This document shows positions 14,466-24,718 of a DNA stretch of 35,050 bases, in pieces. Position numbers and translations under genes: made by a program. The notes below the pieces were generated by a model that ran no database searches, was not told where the DNA came from, and worked only from the letters and a program-made list of their open reading frames with translations. Location of the stretch: positions 1-35,050 of the forward strand of contig JAYQLI010000049.1 in assembly GCA_038143065.1 (NCBI GenBank), written 5' to 3'. Position 1 is the stretch's first letter. Every line of letters begins with the position of its first letter. This DNA comes from Rhodospirillales bacterium. Lineage in GTDB: Bacteria > Pseudomonadota > Alphaproteobacteria > Bin95.

Positions 14466-15874
14466 GTAAACCTTATGACTATCCGTTCGAACTTCCTTCT
14501 GAAGATGAAATTCGGTTCAAAGATGAAGGCGCGATTGAAGGGCGGCCCGCTGGCGTGCCTGCGTCGTATGACGAAGGTGGATCAACACGCTGGACCCCCG
14601 AAGCAATCTCTGAGGTGCATGCCTTGGCGCAATTGGGTCGCTATCAGGTGCGCGGATACAATACGTTTAACAAACGTATGCCGACGTTTGATGATTTGAC
14701 TTTCGTGCCTGCAACGATGACACGCCTGCCTCTTGAGGGGTATCGTGAGAATTGTGATACGACGACGGTTCTTGGCGGGGGGGCGTGGACTTGTGGAAAA
14801 ACCACTTGAATTGAAAATCCCGATCTATATCGCGTCTATGTCATTTGGGGCATTAAGCGCCTCGGCTAAAGCATCGCTTGGTCACGGCGCGTCAAAGGTT
14901 GGAACCATGACCTGTACGGGCGAGGGGGGGATGTTGGAAGAAGAGCGCGAGGCATCGCAGCGTCTTTTATATCAAATGTCGCCTGCACGCTATGGTGTTG
15001 ACCTTGATCACCTGCGTCGCGCAGATGCGCTGGAAATCGTAGTTGGGCAGGGGGCGAAACCAGGAACTGGGGGCTCTTACTCGGCATGAAAGTCAGTCCT
15101 CCGGGTGAGTGAAATGCGGACTCTTCCAGAAGGAGTGGACCAGCGCTCGACCATTCGTCATCCGGATTTCCTTGGGGGCGGACGATCTTGCGGTCAAAAT
15201 CGAAGAGCTGCGCATTGCCACAAATTATCAGGTGCCGATCTTTATCAAGATGGGCGCAACGCGGCCACGCTTCGATGTGGCAGTCGCAGCTAAAGCAGGG
15301 GCGGATGTTGTCGTTGTCGATGGTGCTGAAGGAGGCACAGGTGCCTCGCCTGAGTTGCTTCTCAATCACACTGGTATTCCAACGATGTCGGCTATTCGCG
15401 CGGCGCGAGGCGCTTGATGAATGTGGGATGTCTGGCAAGGTTTCCCTCGTTGCTGCGGGGGTATTCGCTCTGGTGTTGATGCGGCCAAGTGTCTGGCGCT
15501 TGGGGCTGATGCTGTGATGATTGGCAACGCAGCGATGATTGCGCTGGGCTGTAATTCACCTCGCTATTTGGATGATTACGCGAAGCTTGGGACGTCGCCT
15601 GGTGCCTGTCACCATTGTCACACGGGATGTGCCCCGTAGGGTGTTAGCGACCCAAGACCCGACGCTTGAGGCGCGGATGAACCCTCATGCAGGGGCCGAA
15701 CGGATCGCGCGCTATTTGACAGCAATGACGATGGAGATTACGGCGCTTGCTAAGGCCTGTGGTAAATCCTCCGTGCATAATCTTGAAACCGAAGACTTGC
15801 GCGCGCTGAGCTTTGAGGCATCCGCCTTCACGGGGGTTAAAATGGCGGGGATTGATCGGGCGTTTGATTGGTGA
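14450..15874 (+). CDS. glxD: FMN-binding glutamate synthase family protein, N-methylglutamate synthase subunit C-like (frameshifted)
   Basis: FDDLTF, PLEGYRENCDT, IASMSFGALS, TGEGGM, GQGAKPGTGG, RHPD, VVDGAEGGTGA, GIRSGVDAAKCLALGADAV, CHHCHTG.CP Fe-S motif. Confidence 0.9.
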
Positions 15875-16555
15875 TGCGACTGGCGATCCTCGACTGTGCG
15901 ACCTTGGTTGACCCGTCGTTGGAAAAGTATGCGAGCATTGGGGCGTTGGTTGAAAACTGGCTGCGGCGGTTTTTGCACGAAGCCTCATTCGTGATCATTC
16001 CTATCGCACATGGCGCAGAATTCCCAAACCCGTCAGACTATGACGGGTTTGTTTTGCCAGGCTCTGAGGTGGGGGTCTATGATGACACGCCTTGGATGGG
16101 GCCGCTTGGCGACTATCTGCGTAATCCTTCGCGATTTACGCAAACCTTTTTGGCATTTGTTTCGGACATCAGATGATGGCGCATAGTTTTGGAGGTCGGG
16201 CCGCCAAGGCAGGCTATGGGATGTGCGTCGGACGTCGTCGGTTTGATGTAGATGGGACCGAACTGGAGGTCTCGGTTATGCATCAAGACCAAGTCCTTAC
16301 CCCCCCCCAAACGCGAAGGTCATTGGCTCGTCTGATTATTGCCCCAATGCTGTGATCGCTTACGATTTTCCCGCGTTGTCCTGTCAATTTCATCCCGAAT
16401 ACGAGGATGATTTTGTAGAGGATTGCATCGGTGTAATTGCGGGCATGGGAGCTTTGAACGACCAAGAGGCGAGCGACGCACACACAACTCTGAGACCCCA
16501 AAGGATAGTGTCTTTTTCGGGGAAATGGCAGCAGCGTTTTTTAGAGAAACAGTAG
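15874..16555 (+). CDS. Class I glutamine amidotransferase (putative gamma-glutamyl amide hydrolase), frameshifted
   Basis: YDGFVLPGSEVGVYDDTPW, FGICFGHQMMAHSFGG, MHQDQV, CQFHPE: Cys-His-Glu triad present. Confidence 0.85.
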
Positions 16556-16640
16556 AATAAATATTTAGAATAAACGTATTTGTCTGAACAACTTGCTTTT
16601 TCGTTGCCAGATAGAAGCCTTTGAATATATGCGTCAAAAT

Positions 16641-16660
16641 CATGGCCGGGGGCGGCCATG
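16641..16660. terminator. GC-rich hairpin between convergent genes
   Basis: CATGGCCG-GGGG-CGGCCATG; no strong U-tract. Confidence 0.3.
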
Positions 16661-16726
16661 CGATGGCGCGGCGGGCTGCGCTCTTGGTTCAGCGCCGATT
16701 TGACATTGTTTCATTTAGAATGGCTT

Positions 16727-17168
16727 TTATCGTGCGTTCGATGCTGTGTCCGTGAACCGTCCAGAAGTCAGCAGAGGTCGCGCGGGAGGTGTCCCATGTA
16801 TAGAGGTAACTTGCGGCGCGGATCACTTGGTCGTTGTCTAAGGATAACGTCAATCGGTCGCAAGAGCAATTCATAAGGTTCAGGCCAGCCTTCTGTACAG
16901 GCTTCTTAGTCGTCAAAAATGCTAAACATTGGTTCGGGGTATGGACCCGATAGAGGACGCCATGCACCTGATCTTCGGATAAAGGTGAGGGGAAAGCACC
17001 GGGTTAGGGTTTGGACCTTGGAGGTCTTATTCGTGGACGATGTAAAGCCTTGCTTGGATTGAACCTCGCCCGACTTCGTCTGGCGGCCTCACCAAGTAGT
17101 TCACTCATCGGATGGCCTGCTTCGGTCAAGAAGTGTTCCGTAAACAAAAAATATTCTGGCCGTTCCAT
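16727..17168 (-). CDS. Gamma-glutamylcyclotransferase (GGACT/AIG2-like) family protein (several indels)
   Basis: Rebuilt across frames: MERPEYFFVYGTL...VGRGSIQARLY...DQVHGVLYRV...FDDxEACTEGWPEPYE...RAASYLYTWD...SGRF. Confidence 0.75.
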
Positions 17169-17193
17169 CGCTGATCCCTTGTGTGATTTGGAT

Positions 17194-18333
17194 CTATCTA
17201 CCTGATGGGCTTTCTTTGGGTGATAGTTTTTTGCGTCCTGCGATCTTAAATCGATCTGGCGTACCAAACTCGCGCAATCCGACACCTGCCGCGTATTCGG
17301 CAAAAACAGGGGCATGTTTAAACAAATGGCCAGAACATCCGCCTGCAAAGAGGACATTTTCGTGTTCTGGGTGGAAGTCCAGAACAAAATGCGTGTCGGG
17401 GGTGAGGATGATCTGATTGAACTTACTGTCCACAATTCTTTCACCCTCAAGCCCTGGGAGCCGATGGCGGATATAGCTGCGTGTCTTGCCTAGCTTTTCT
17501 TTTTTGATGAGGCGTTCATCGTTATCGAGGTCGATTTTGTCAGGAATCACGACAGCTGCCTTTACCCCTGATCCTTCGGAGGAGGGGATGCCAAAGGACC
17601 CTTGTCCATGATCAATCCAACAAGGCATATGCGACATATCAAACTGTTCTGACCCATCTGGTGTCGATGTGTAGAGAACATTTACCCCTACAATAGTCGA
17701 AATTGGCTTGATCGTGCGGGGGAACATTTCAGCCATCCATGGGCCTGTGGACACAATTATCAAATCCGCCATAAGATGCTGACCGTCTAGCATTGGGCGC
17801 TCATTTGCATCAGTCGTCACGCGCCCACGCTTCACTATGCCACCTAGTTTTCTGAACAGGGTCAAAGCCGTAATCACACAGCGATGTGCCATCAAAAGAC
17901 CTGCTTCAGGCTCGAAGAGCGCATAAGATATTTCATCAACTTTGAACTGTGGGAAACGGGCACGCTCGTCGTCGGTGCTGTAGCGGTAATAAGGAACGCC
18001 AACCTTATCAAAGGTTTCTGAGGTCGCATCTTCCCAATCACAATGCCCTGCGGTGGCGAGGATTAACGCACCACATTCATACATGAGGTTCTGACCCGTT
18101 TCTGCCTGCAGCTCGAGCCATCTTTGACGTGCTTCACGCGCCCAGCGCGTGTAGAATTCGTCCCGTCCTGAGATTGCGCGGATCACGCGGTTATAATCCG
18201 TTGAGGATGCGCGCGAATGTCCCGGCTCCCAACGGTCGATCAAAGTTACCTTTTCCCCGCGCCTTTGAAGCGTCAGTGCGGTCATAACGCCGACAATGCC
18301 ACCACCCACCACAATAATTGAATTTTTGGACAT
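17194..18333 (-). CDS. FAD-dependent oxidoreductase, monomeric sarcosine oxidase / N-methyl-L-tryptophan oxidase-like
   Basis: Intact 379-aa ORF: VVGGGIVG, GHSRASSTDYNRVIR, TPDTHFVLDFHP, GGCSGHLFKHAP (compare GFSGHGFKF). Confidence 0.85.
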   Translation of the reverse strand: MSKNSIIVVGGGIVGVMTALTLQRRGEKVTLIDRWEPGHSRASSTDYNRVIRAISGRDEFYTRWAREARQRWLELQAETGQNLMYECGALILATAGHCDWEDATSETFDKVGVPYYRYSTDDERARFPQFKVDEISYALFEPEAGLLMAHRCVITALTLFRKLGGIVKRGRVTTDANERPMLDGQHLMADLIIVSTGPWMAEMFPRTIKPISTIVGVNVLYTSTPDGSEQFDMSHMPCWIDHGQGSFGIPSSEGSGVKAAVVIPDKIDLDNDERLIKKEKLGKTRSYIRHRLPGLEGERIVDSKFNQIILTPDTHFVLDFHPEHENVLFAGGCSGHLFKHAPVFAEYAAGVGLREFGTPDRFKIAGRKKLSPKESPSGR

Positions 18334-18372
18334 GTGCGAAAATTTTCCTTGTCAGAATCTTGTGTTTATGAA

Positions 18373-18389
18373 TACTGTATACAGAATAC
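18373..18389. promoter_or_regulatory. Operator copy in the divergent oxidase/GS promoter region
   Basis: TACTGTATACAGAATAC; -35-like TTGTCA at 18349. Confidence 0.75.
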
Positions 18390-18436
18390 ACACAAAGACA
18401 AATAAAAATAGAACTAAAACATATTGGGAGAGATGC

Positions 18437-19732
18437 GTGACTGAAACTGACTTTTCGTTGCCCGAAGGCACCCACACGGTGATTTTAGGGATTGGCGACA
18501 TCAACGGGATCATGCGTGGGAAACGTATTCCTGCGTCGAACTGGGAGAATATTTGCAAATCAGGAAACGCGCTTTCCATTGCGATGTTCGCGATTGATAT
18601 GACCTGTGACGTTTGGGACACGCCCTATGTTAATTTCGACAATGGCTACCCCGATATGCACATGTTCCCACTGACAAAGCCTGTTGCCGTTCCATGGGAG
18701 CCCGGCGTTGCTGTCTGTTTTGGCCGCGCTGAAGGAACAGATCACCAGCCAGTTCCAATTGATCCGCGTCAGGCGTTGGTTCGGCAGTTAGACCGCGCTA
18801 AGGCCATGGGGCTTGAAGTTCAAGTCCGCGCCGAGTTGGAATTCTATTTGCTTGATCCGGAGACAGGTCAACCGCGCGATAGCGGGATCCAGGTATATGG
18901 ACTGGGCCGCGCTGCGCGGATGGAACATATTGTGGGTCCAATTCGCCAGCAAATCAACGAATGTGGTATTCCGATTGAACAATCCAATCCTGAGTATGCC
19001 CCTGGACAGGTCGAAGTGAATATTCGTTACGGCGAGGCATTGGAAACTGCAGATCGTGTTGTTCTTTTCAAGTCGCTCATTCGTCAACTAGGGATTGCGC
19101 ATGGGTACTTGGCTACGTTCATGCCGAAACCGTTCTTTGAGCAATCTGGAAGTGGCTTTCATGCGCATTACTCACTCTGGAAGGATGGTAAGAATGTCTT
19201 TTCCGATGGTGGTCAACTTAATGAAATGGGTAAACAATTTGTTGCGGGGCTTCAGGGTCGTATGGCAGAGGCTGCGATTTGTGGTGGCGCGACTGTGAAC
19301 GGCTTCCGCCGTCGTCAGCCTTATACTTTCTGCCCGGTAAATACCAGCTGGGGCTATGACAACCGCACCGTTGGGTTGCGCGTTATCCAGGGGTCAGACA
19401 GTGCCGTGCGCGTTGAAAAGCGGGACGCGGGTGCCGATGCGAACCCGTACCTTCTCATGGCGGCAGATATTGCGGCGGGGCTTGACGGGATTGAACAGGG
19501 CATGAGGCCTAGCGAACCAAGCCTTGGCAATGCCTACGAGGAATTGCACGGCGAACCAATCCCAACCGATCTGTCGACCGCGATCGAAAAGGCGCGTGGG
19601 TCTGATTGGCTCAAGGATGTCATGGGCGAATTACAATGGGAACTCTATCTACAACAGGCCGAGCGAGAGCTTGAGTTTTTTGGACAGCAAGTGACCCAAG
19701 TCGAAACAGATCGTTATTTACGGACACTTTAA
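18437..19732 (+). CDS. Glutamine synthetase family gamma-glutamyl-amine ligase (PuuA/PauA-like)
   Basis: GGGAGAG RBS and GTG start; DINGIMRGKRIP, ELEFYL, EYAPGQVEVN, ATFMPKP, SGSGFHAHYSLW, WGYDNRTVGLR, GADANPYL. Intact ORF. Confidence 0.92.
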   Translation: MTETDFSLPEGTHTVILGIGDINGIMRGKRIPASNWENICKSGNALSIAMFAIDMTCDVWDTPYVNFDNGYPDMHMFPLTKPVAVPWEPGVAVCFGRAEGTDHQPVPIDPRQALVRQLDRAKAMGLEVQVRAELEFYLLDPETGQPRDSGIQVYGLGRAARMEHIVGPIRQQINECGIPIEQSNPEYAPGQVEVNIRYGEALETADRVVLFKSLIRQLGIAHGYLATFMPKPFFEQSGSGFHAHYSLWKDGKNVFSDGGQLNEMGKQFVAGLQGRMAEAAICGGATVNGFRRRQPYTFCPVNTSWGYDNRTVGLRVIQGSDSAVRVEKRDAGADANPYLLMAADIAAGLDGIEQGMRPSEPSLGNAYEELHGEPIPTDLSTAIEKARGSDWLKDVMGELQWELYLQQAERELEFFGQQVTQVETDRYLRTL

Positions 19733-20001
19733 TGAAACTTGCTAAGGTCAAAGGTACAATCACCGCAGCCACCGCAAAGGAAAGCCGCCTCGTCGGGTCA
19801 AACTTTTGTTGGTCGATATGATCGACGCCAAGGGTAAAGACACTCGCTCAAGGTGACGTTGCGGTGGATTGCACAGGTGCAGGTGTGGGGGACATTGTGC
19901 TTGTCACCACTGGCTCCGCCGCGCGTATGGCTGATGGGCAATCTACCTTGCCCATTGATCTTAGCATTATCGCAATCGTCGATAGGGTCAGCACATCCTG
20001 A
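19732..20001 (+). CDS. BMC-P pentamer shell protein (EutN/CcmL family), frameshifted
   Basis: [28 protein letters not shown]...[26 protein letters not shown]...[16 protein letters not shown]. Not translated correctly in the ORF track. Confidence 0.9.
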
Positions 20002-20035
20002 CCTTATCCGCCATCAGTTTTTGGAGGATATAACA

Positions 20036-20344
20036 ATGGCAAAACCAGCAGCGGGTCAGATGGCCCTTGGAATGATTGAAACACGTGGTCTCGTGGCCTC
20101 GATTGAGGCCGCGGATGCGATGGTCAAGGCAGCGAGTGTTTCGATCGTTGGCCACACCAAAGCGGGTGGTGGTCTTGTCACGACCCTTGTGCGTGGCGAA
20201 GTCGGTGCCGTGAAGGCTGCAACAGATGCAGGAGCAACGGCAGCAAACAAAGTGGGTGATGTTGTGTCTGTCCACGTTATCGCGCGTCCGCATGATGAGC
20301 TTGAAGCAATCTTGGATGGTTTGGGCAGCGGGTCCGCCGCATAA
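20036..20344 (+). CDS. BMC-H hexamer shell protein (EutM/PduA-like)
   Basis: GGAGG RBS; [24 protein letters not shown]...[23 protein letters not shown]...VHVIARPH. Confidence 0.96.
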   Translation: MAKPAAGQMALGMIETRGLVASIEAADAMVKAASVSIVGHTKAGGGLVTTLVRGEVGAVKAATDAGATAANKVGDVVSVHVIARPHDELEAILDGLGSGSAA

Positions 20345-20372
20345 TTTTCCCAAAACGTAAGGAGAGGCGGAA

Positions 20373-21557
20373 ATGTCTGCCCTATTTGAGGATTTCACCC
20401 GCGCCGCGTCGCAGAGCAAGACAGCGGCCCCAAAGATCGCGCGACAGTTTTCACGTATTGCGGTTCTCGGGGGCGGTGCGGATGCACGTCAACTGGCGGC
20501 GCTTTGCTTTGCCGAAGGGGCGGAGGTCACACTTTTTTCTGCCTATGGTGCTGAACTTGAGATGATCCGCAGCAGCTCGGGTATTGGTTTACGCGGGACA
20601 GGGCCGATTGGCACTTATCACGTTGATCGTGAGGGCACATCTATCAAAACCACTGCCGAAATCGACAGTGCAGTGCGTGGGGCTGAAGTTATCTTTCTTA
20701 CGGGTCCAGTTCACAAACAACGCACCTATGCAATGGTGCTGGCAGATCATCTAAATGATGGTCAGATACTTGTTCTTGCGCCGGGACGATCGCTGGGAGC
20801 GGTTGAAACGGCGTGGATGTTGCGGATGGGCGGATGCCGTGCAGATGTCACAATCGTAGAACGCCAAGGCTTGCCGTATTGGATGCGTGTTGAAGGAGCG
20901 AATTTGCACCTTTCTGCGGCAGGTCCCCAAATGATTGCAACACTCCCCAGCGGTCGGGCAGACGTCATTGAAGGGCTGGCTCCATTCCTAACTCCGTCCC
21001 TCGTCGCAGGGTCTGTGTTGGAGAGTGGCTTTGCCGATCTCTCTGGTGCAGTTGAAATTCCTGCACTTGTGCTTGGCGGCATAGCTTTGGCCAAGGGCGG
21101 ACCAGAGGTGCCGATGGGGGCCAATCCGTTACCCGAAAACAACACGATGGCCAACCTATAGGCACAGATCATCGCGCCGTGGATTGAAACTCTCGCACAA
21201 GAACGGCGCAAAGTCGCGGCTGCGTTTGGTGTGCGCAATTTGCCCCAAGACGCAGATTGGATCGCAATGTCTTCGGGCTCTGCCTCAGGAGAAGGCGCAC
21301 GTCCTGTTCCAACAACATCAGAATGCCCAGCAATTTTACGTGACGGTGTTACAGGATCATTGATGCCATTGATTTCAGCAGCTGGTGTTGCTGGGAGTGG
21401 ATGCGCCAGTTACCCAAAGCATGGTGACTCTTGTCCGAAACGATCCTTGGGGACACTGTGGCAAGCGGGGCGGCGTTTGGAGACCATTGGAATTACATCT
21501 CAGAATATTGACGAGGCGCGTCGTCGCTTTGACGCAATCCTAAGCGGAGGTCTGTAA
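20373..21557 (+). CDS. NAD/NADP octopine/nopaline (opine) dehydrogenase family protein, divergent (indels and an internal stop near 21160)
   Basis: RIAVLGGGADA Rossmann strand, TTAEIDSAVRGAEVIFL, LADHLNDGQILVLAPG, ERRKVAAAFGV, GRRLETIGI follow the family layout. Confidence 0.7.
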
Positions 21558-22925
21558 TGGATGATGATCTAAAGTCCATCGCGGCTGCACGCCGTGCTGC
21601 GGAAACCGCGTTCGAAGCTTATCGTGCTTTCTTGGAACCGACCCTGCTCATGTCGATGCGATTGTCGACGCAATGGCGCGTGCGATTGAACCCGAGGCGG
21701 AGCGTTTAGGGGCGTTGGCAGTCGAGGAAACTGGATACGGCAATACCCCAGATAAACGGGTAAAGAACCTGTTTAACGCCCTATCCGTTGCGGATTATTT
21801 GCGCGATGTAACGACTTTGGGGATGTTATGGAAGGATGACGCGACCAAAATTGCGGCCTTTGGCGAACCGATGGGTGTCGTTGCGGCGCTTATTCCTGTA
21901 ACAAACCCAACATCGACCATCATTTACAAAGTGCTCGGCGGTAAAGGCGGGCAACGCGATCGTCTGTGCACCGCATCCGCGTGGGGTTCGCTCTGGGATA
22001 GAAACAACCAAAATCCTGGCGAATGTTGCCGAACAGATGGGGGCGCCTAAGGGATTGATCCAATGCCTCGACGCGGTCACAATCCAAGGACAGCCGAACT
22101 GATGCGCCATCGCCGGACCTCTGTTGTGATGGCGACAGGTGGACCAGCTATGGTTAAGGCGGCCTATTCCAGTGGCAAACCTACCCTTGCTGTCGGGGCC
22201 GGTAATGTCCCTGCTACGTGCATAAATCAAAAAGATGATCTCGGTGAAGTAGCTGAAATGATCATTACTTCCAAATGTTTTGATTATGGTACCGCTTGCG
22301 TTTCGGAACAGGCTATTGTTGCTGATCCAGAGATCGCCCGCGATTTACGTCACGAAATGAAAATGCGCGGTGCTTATTTCTGTTCACCCGCCGAGGCAGA
22401 TCGTTTGGCCAAGGTGATTTTTCGTGGTCCCAAGCGATGGATCCAAATCGCGTGGGGCAAAGCCCGGTGGCCTTGGCAGAAGCTGCGGGTTTTCCATTCC
22501 ACCGCGTACCGATGCCTTGTTTCGGAAGAAAGCGAAATAGGGTGGCATCGTCCGTTATCTGCGGAAAAGCTGAACCCCGTTCTGGCGTTCTACGAAGCCA
22601 AGAATAGCGATCATGGCATCGAAATCGCGCATGATATCGCAAAGTTCGAAGGCTGGGGGCATTCGGCTATTGTTCATTCGGATGATCCTGAAATCGTTGC
22701 TAAATTTGCCAGTGTCCCAACAGGCCGTGTCTTGGTCAATACACCGGGGATCATGGGGGGCATGGGCTATTCTACGGACCTTGAACCGTCTTTCATGCTG
22801 GGGACGGGCACATGGTCCGGATCCATAACATCAGACAATGTCACAGCGCTCCATTTGATCAATATCAAGCGCGTGGCTATCAATCGCGGCCTTGGCGCGA
22901 CATTTATGAGGAGTATGGCGCATGA
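21557..22925 (+). CDS. CoA-acylating aldehyde dehydrogenase (EutE/PduP/AdhE-N type), frameshifted
   Basis: AVEETGYGN..DKRVKN, EPMGVVAALIPVTNPTST, ATGGPAMVKAAYSSGKP..VGAGNVP, SKCFDYGTACVSEQ (catalytic Cys), EKLNPVL, PSFMLGTGTWSGSITSDNV..LHLINIKRVA. Confidence 0.92.
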
Positions 22926-23545
22926 GCGACATTCAAATTCGTGCGTTGATGCAGATCGACAATCTACAACCTAAATTCGCCGCGTATAATGGGGCAACAG
23001 TACAAGGGTCGGTACCCTTATCAGGGGATACCGTATTGATCGGTGAATTTGCCCCAGGAAATGGCGTATTTTCTCTGATCGACCGTGCTTTGAAGGCGTC
23101 TTCGGTAGAAGCTACAACTCAGCTCGTCGAGCGTGAGTTTGGTTTCTTCATTCTCCGCTCTCCTCAAATGCCGAGGTCAGTGCGGCGCGTGACGCGATGC
23201 TCGCAGAGCTTGGCGCAACTATGTCGGACCGTTTGAAACCTGCGATTACCTCGACCCAGATTATTACCAGTGTCGAACCCTATCAGGCGCAATTGTTGAA
23301 CAAGTGGCGCAAAGGGTCTTTGATCGTCCCCGGACAAACTTTAGGCATTATCGAATGCGCCCCTGCTGCTTATATCTCTATTGCGGCGAATGAGGCAGAA
23401 AAAGGCCGCTGAGATTGACATTGTCGAGGTACGCGCCGTTGGACGGTTTGGGCGCTTGTTTATCTGTGGCTCGGAAAACTCTGTGAATGCAGGGGTTGAG
23501 GCTGCGGTCAAAGCAATCGAAGCTGTGGATGGACAGGCAGGCTAA
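22922..23545 (+). CDS. BMC-T tandem-domain shell protein, CcmP/CsoS1D-like (stacking type), frameshifted
   Basis: IDNLQPKFAAY.G...EFAPG...DRALKA...VEREFG...RLKP...YQAQLLNK.RKGS...PAAY...AANEAEKA...VRAVGRFGRL. Confidence 0.9.
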
Positions 23546-24718
23546 TGGCACAGAGCCGTGTCATAGGGGCCGATGCCATCGAAAACGCACGCCGTCGAGG
23601 CGTATTGTTTTGAGGTGCTGCCGAATGACATTGTCACCGCTTTGGCATCTGAGACTGCCGAGCGGCTTGGATAAAATTGGTTGATGGACCTCTTGAAAAA
23701 GCCCTCTTGCCCCTGGCGCACAGATGGGGCGATAGCACAGCAACGCGCTCTATCGTCGGTCACCGAAATGGAAGACGCCGACACGTGCCCCGCGCAAAGC
23801 AGGGCGGTTTGCAAAGATTGCTTTCGTTGGTGCGGGGGTGTTGGGGGCAATGTTGCGCATTTGGCGGCGATGGCGGATATGGCGGCGGAATTGGCCATGA
23901 TTGACATTACGCGGGCTTGGCAACTGCGCTTGCGCTTGACTTAAACCACACGAGCGGGATCACGGTGGCGCTGTGCGCTGTTATGGCGGAGGAGCTTTGA
24001 CCTCGTTGCAGATGCAGATGTGGTGGTTGTAACGGCGGGACGTGCGCGTTCCCCGGGAATGAGCCGCGCAGATTTGATTGACGTGAATGCGCGTGTGATC
24101 CGTCAAGCAGGCGCAGCCATTCGTGCCGAAGCCCCCAATGCGATAGTGATTGTGGTGACCAACCATTGATGAAATGACACTTGAGATGCTCCGTGCTACG
24201 GAATTCCCGCGTGAACGTGTTTTGGGATGGGCAGGGACGCTTGACTCGGCGCGGTTCAGAAATGCCCTTGCAATGGCGGCGGGTGTGACGCCTGCGGATG
24301 TTTCTGCGATAACCCTCGGCTCGCATGGGGATGAAATGGCGCCAATCACATCGCTTGCGCGGATCAAGGGGCGGCCTTTGTCTGTGTTTTTGTCACAAGA
24401 GCAAATTGATGCTTGTGCCAAAGATGCGATTACCGGCGGCGGGCAAGTTGTAGCTTTGAAAAAATCAGGATCGGCCACCATTGCCCCTGCTCATTCAACG
24501 ATTGAATTGCTTGATCACATGCGCGGCGCTCGGACAGACCCGTGCCTGTGTCCGTTATGCTCGAAGGAGAATATGGGATATCAGGTGTTGTCCTTGGGGT
24601 GCCTGCGCATTTAGGGCGTTCGGGTTTGCTTAAAGTTGAAAATCTGCGTCTTACATTGGAAGAAAATGCTCAATTAAACGCTGCAGCTGAGGCGATCCGA
24701 ACACGGCTTGGATTATGA
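23545..24718 (+). CDS. Malate dehydrogenase (LDH-like) with an N-terminal extension of about 85 aa, frameshifted
   Basis: KIAFVGAGGVGGNVAHL, DADVVVVTAGRARSPGMSRADLIDVN (Arg at the malate-specificity position), VVTNP.D, AGTLDSARFR, LGSHGDEM, LEGEYGI...LGVP. Confidence 0.85.

Noticed and set aside
18437-19732. Housekeeping glnA or canonical gmaS
   Set aside because: The N-terminal DINGIMRGKRIP motif and the context fit PuuA/PauA-like gamma-glutamyl ligases, so no gene symbol was assigned.
19853-20035. Long N-terminal extension on BMC-H in the 163-aa ORF call
   Set aside because: That stretch is an off-frame reading of the BMC-P gene; a GGAGG RBS marks the real start at 20036.
19732-23545. Carboxysome or standard eut/pdu locus
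   Set aside because: The BMC-T is CcmP/CsoS1D-like, but no RuBisCO, CsoS2/CcmM, eutBC, pduCDE or glycyl radical enzyme gene is present in the window.
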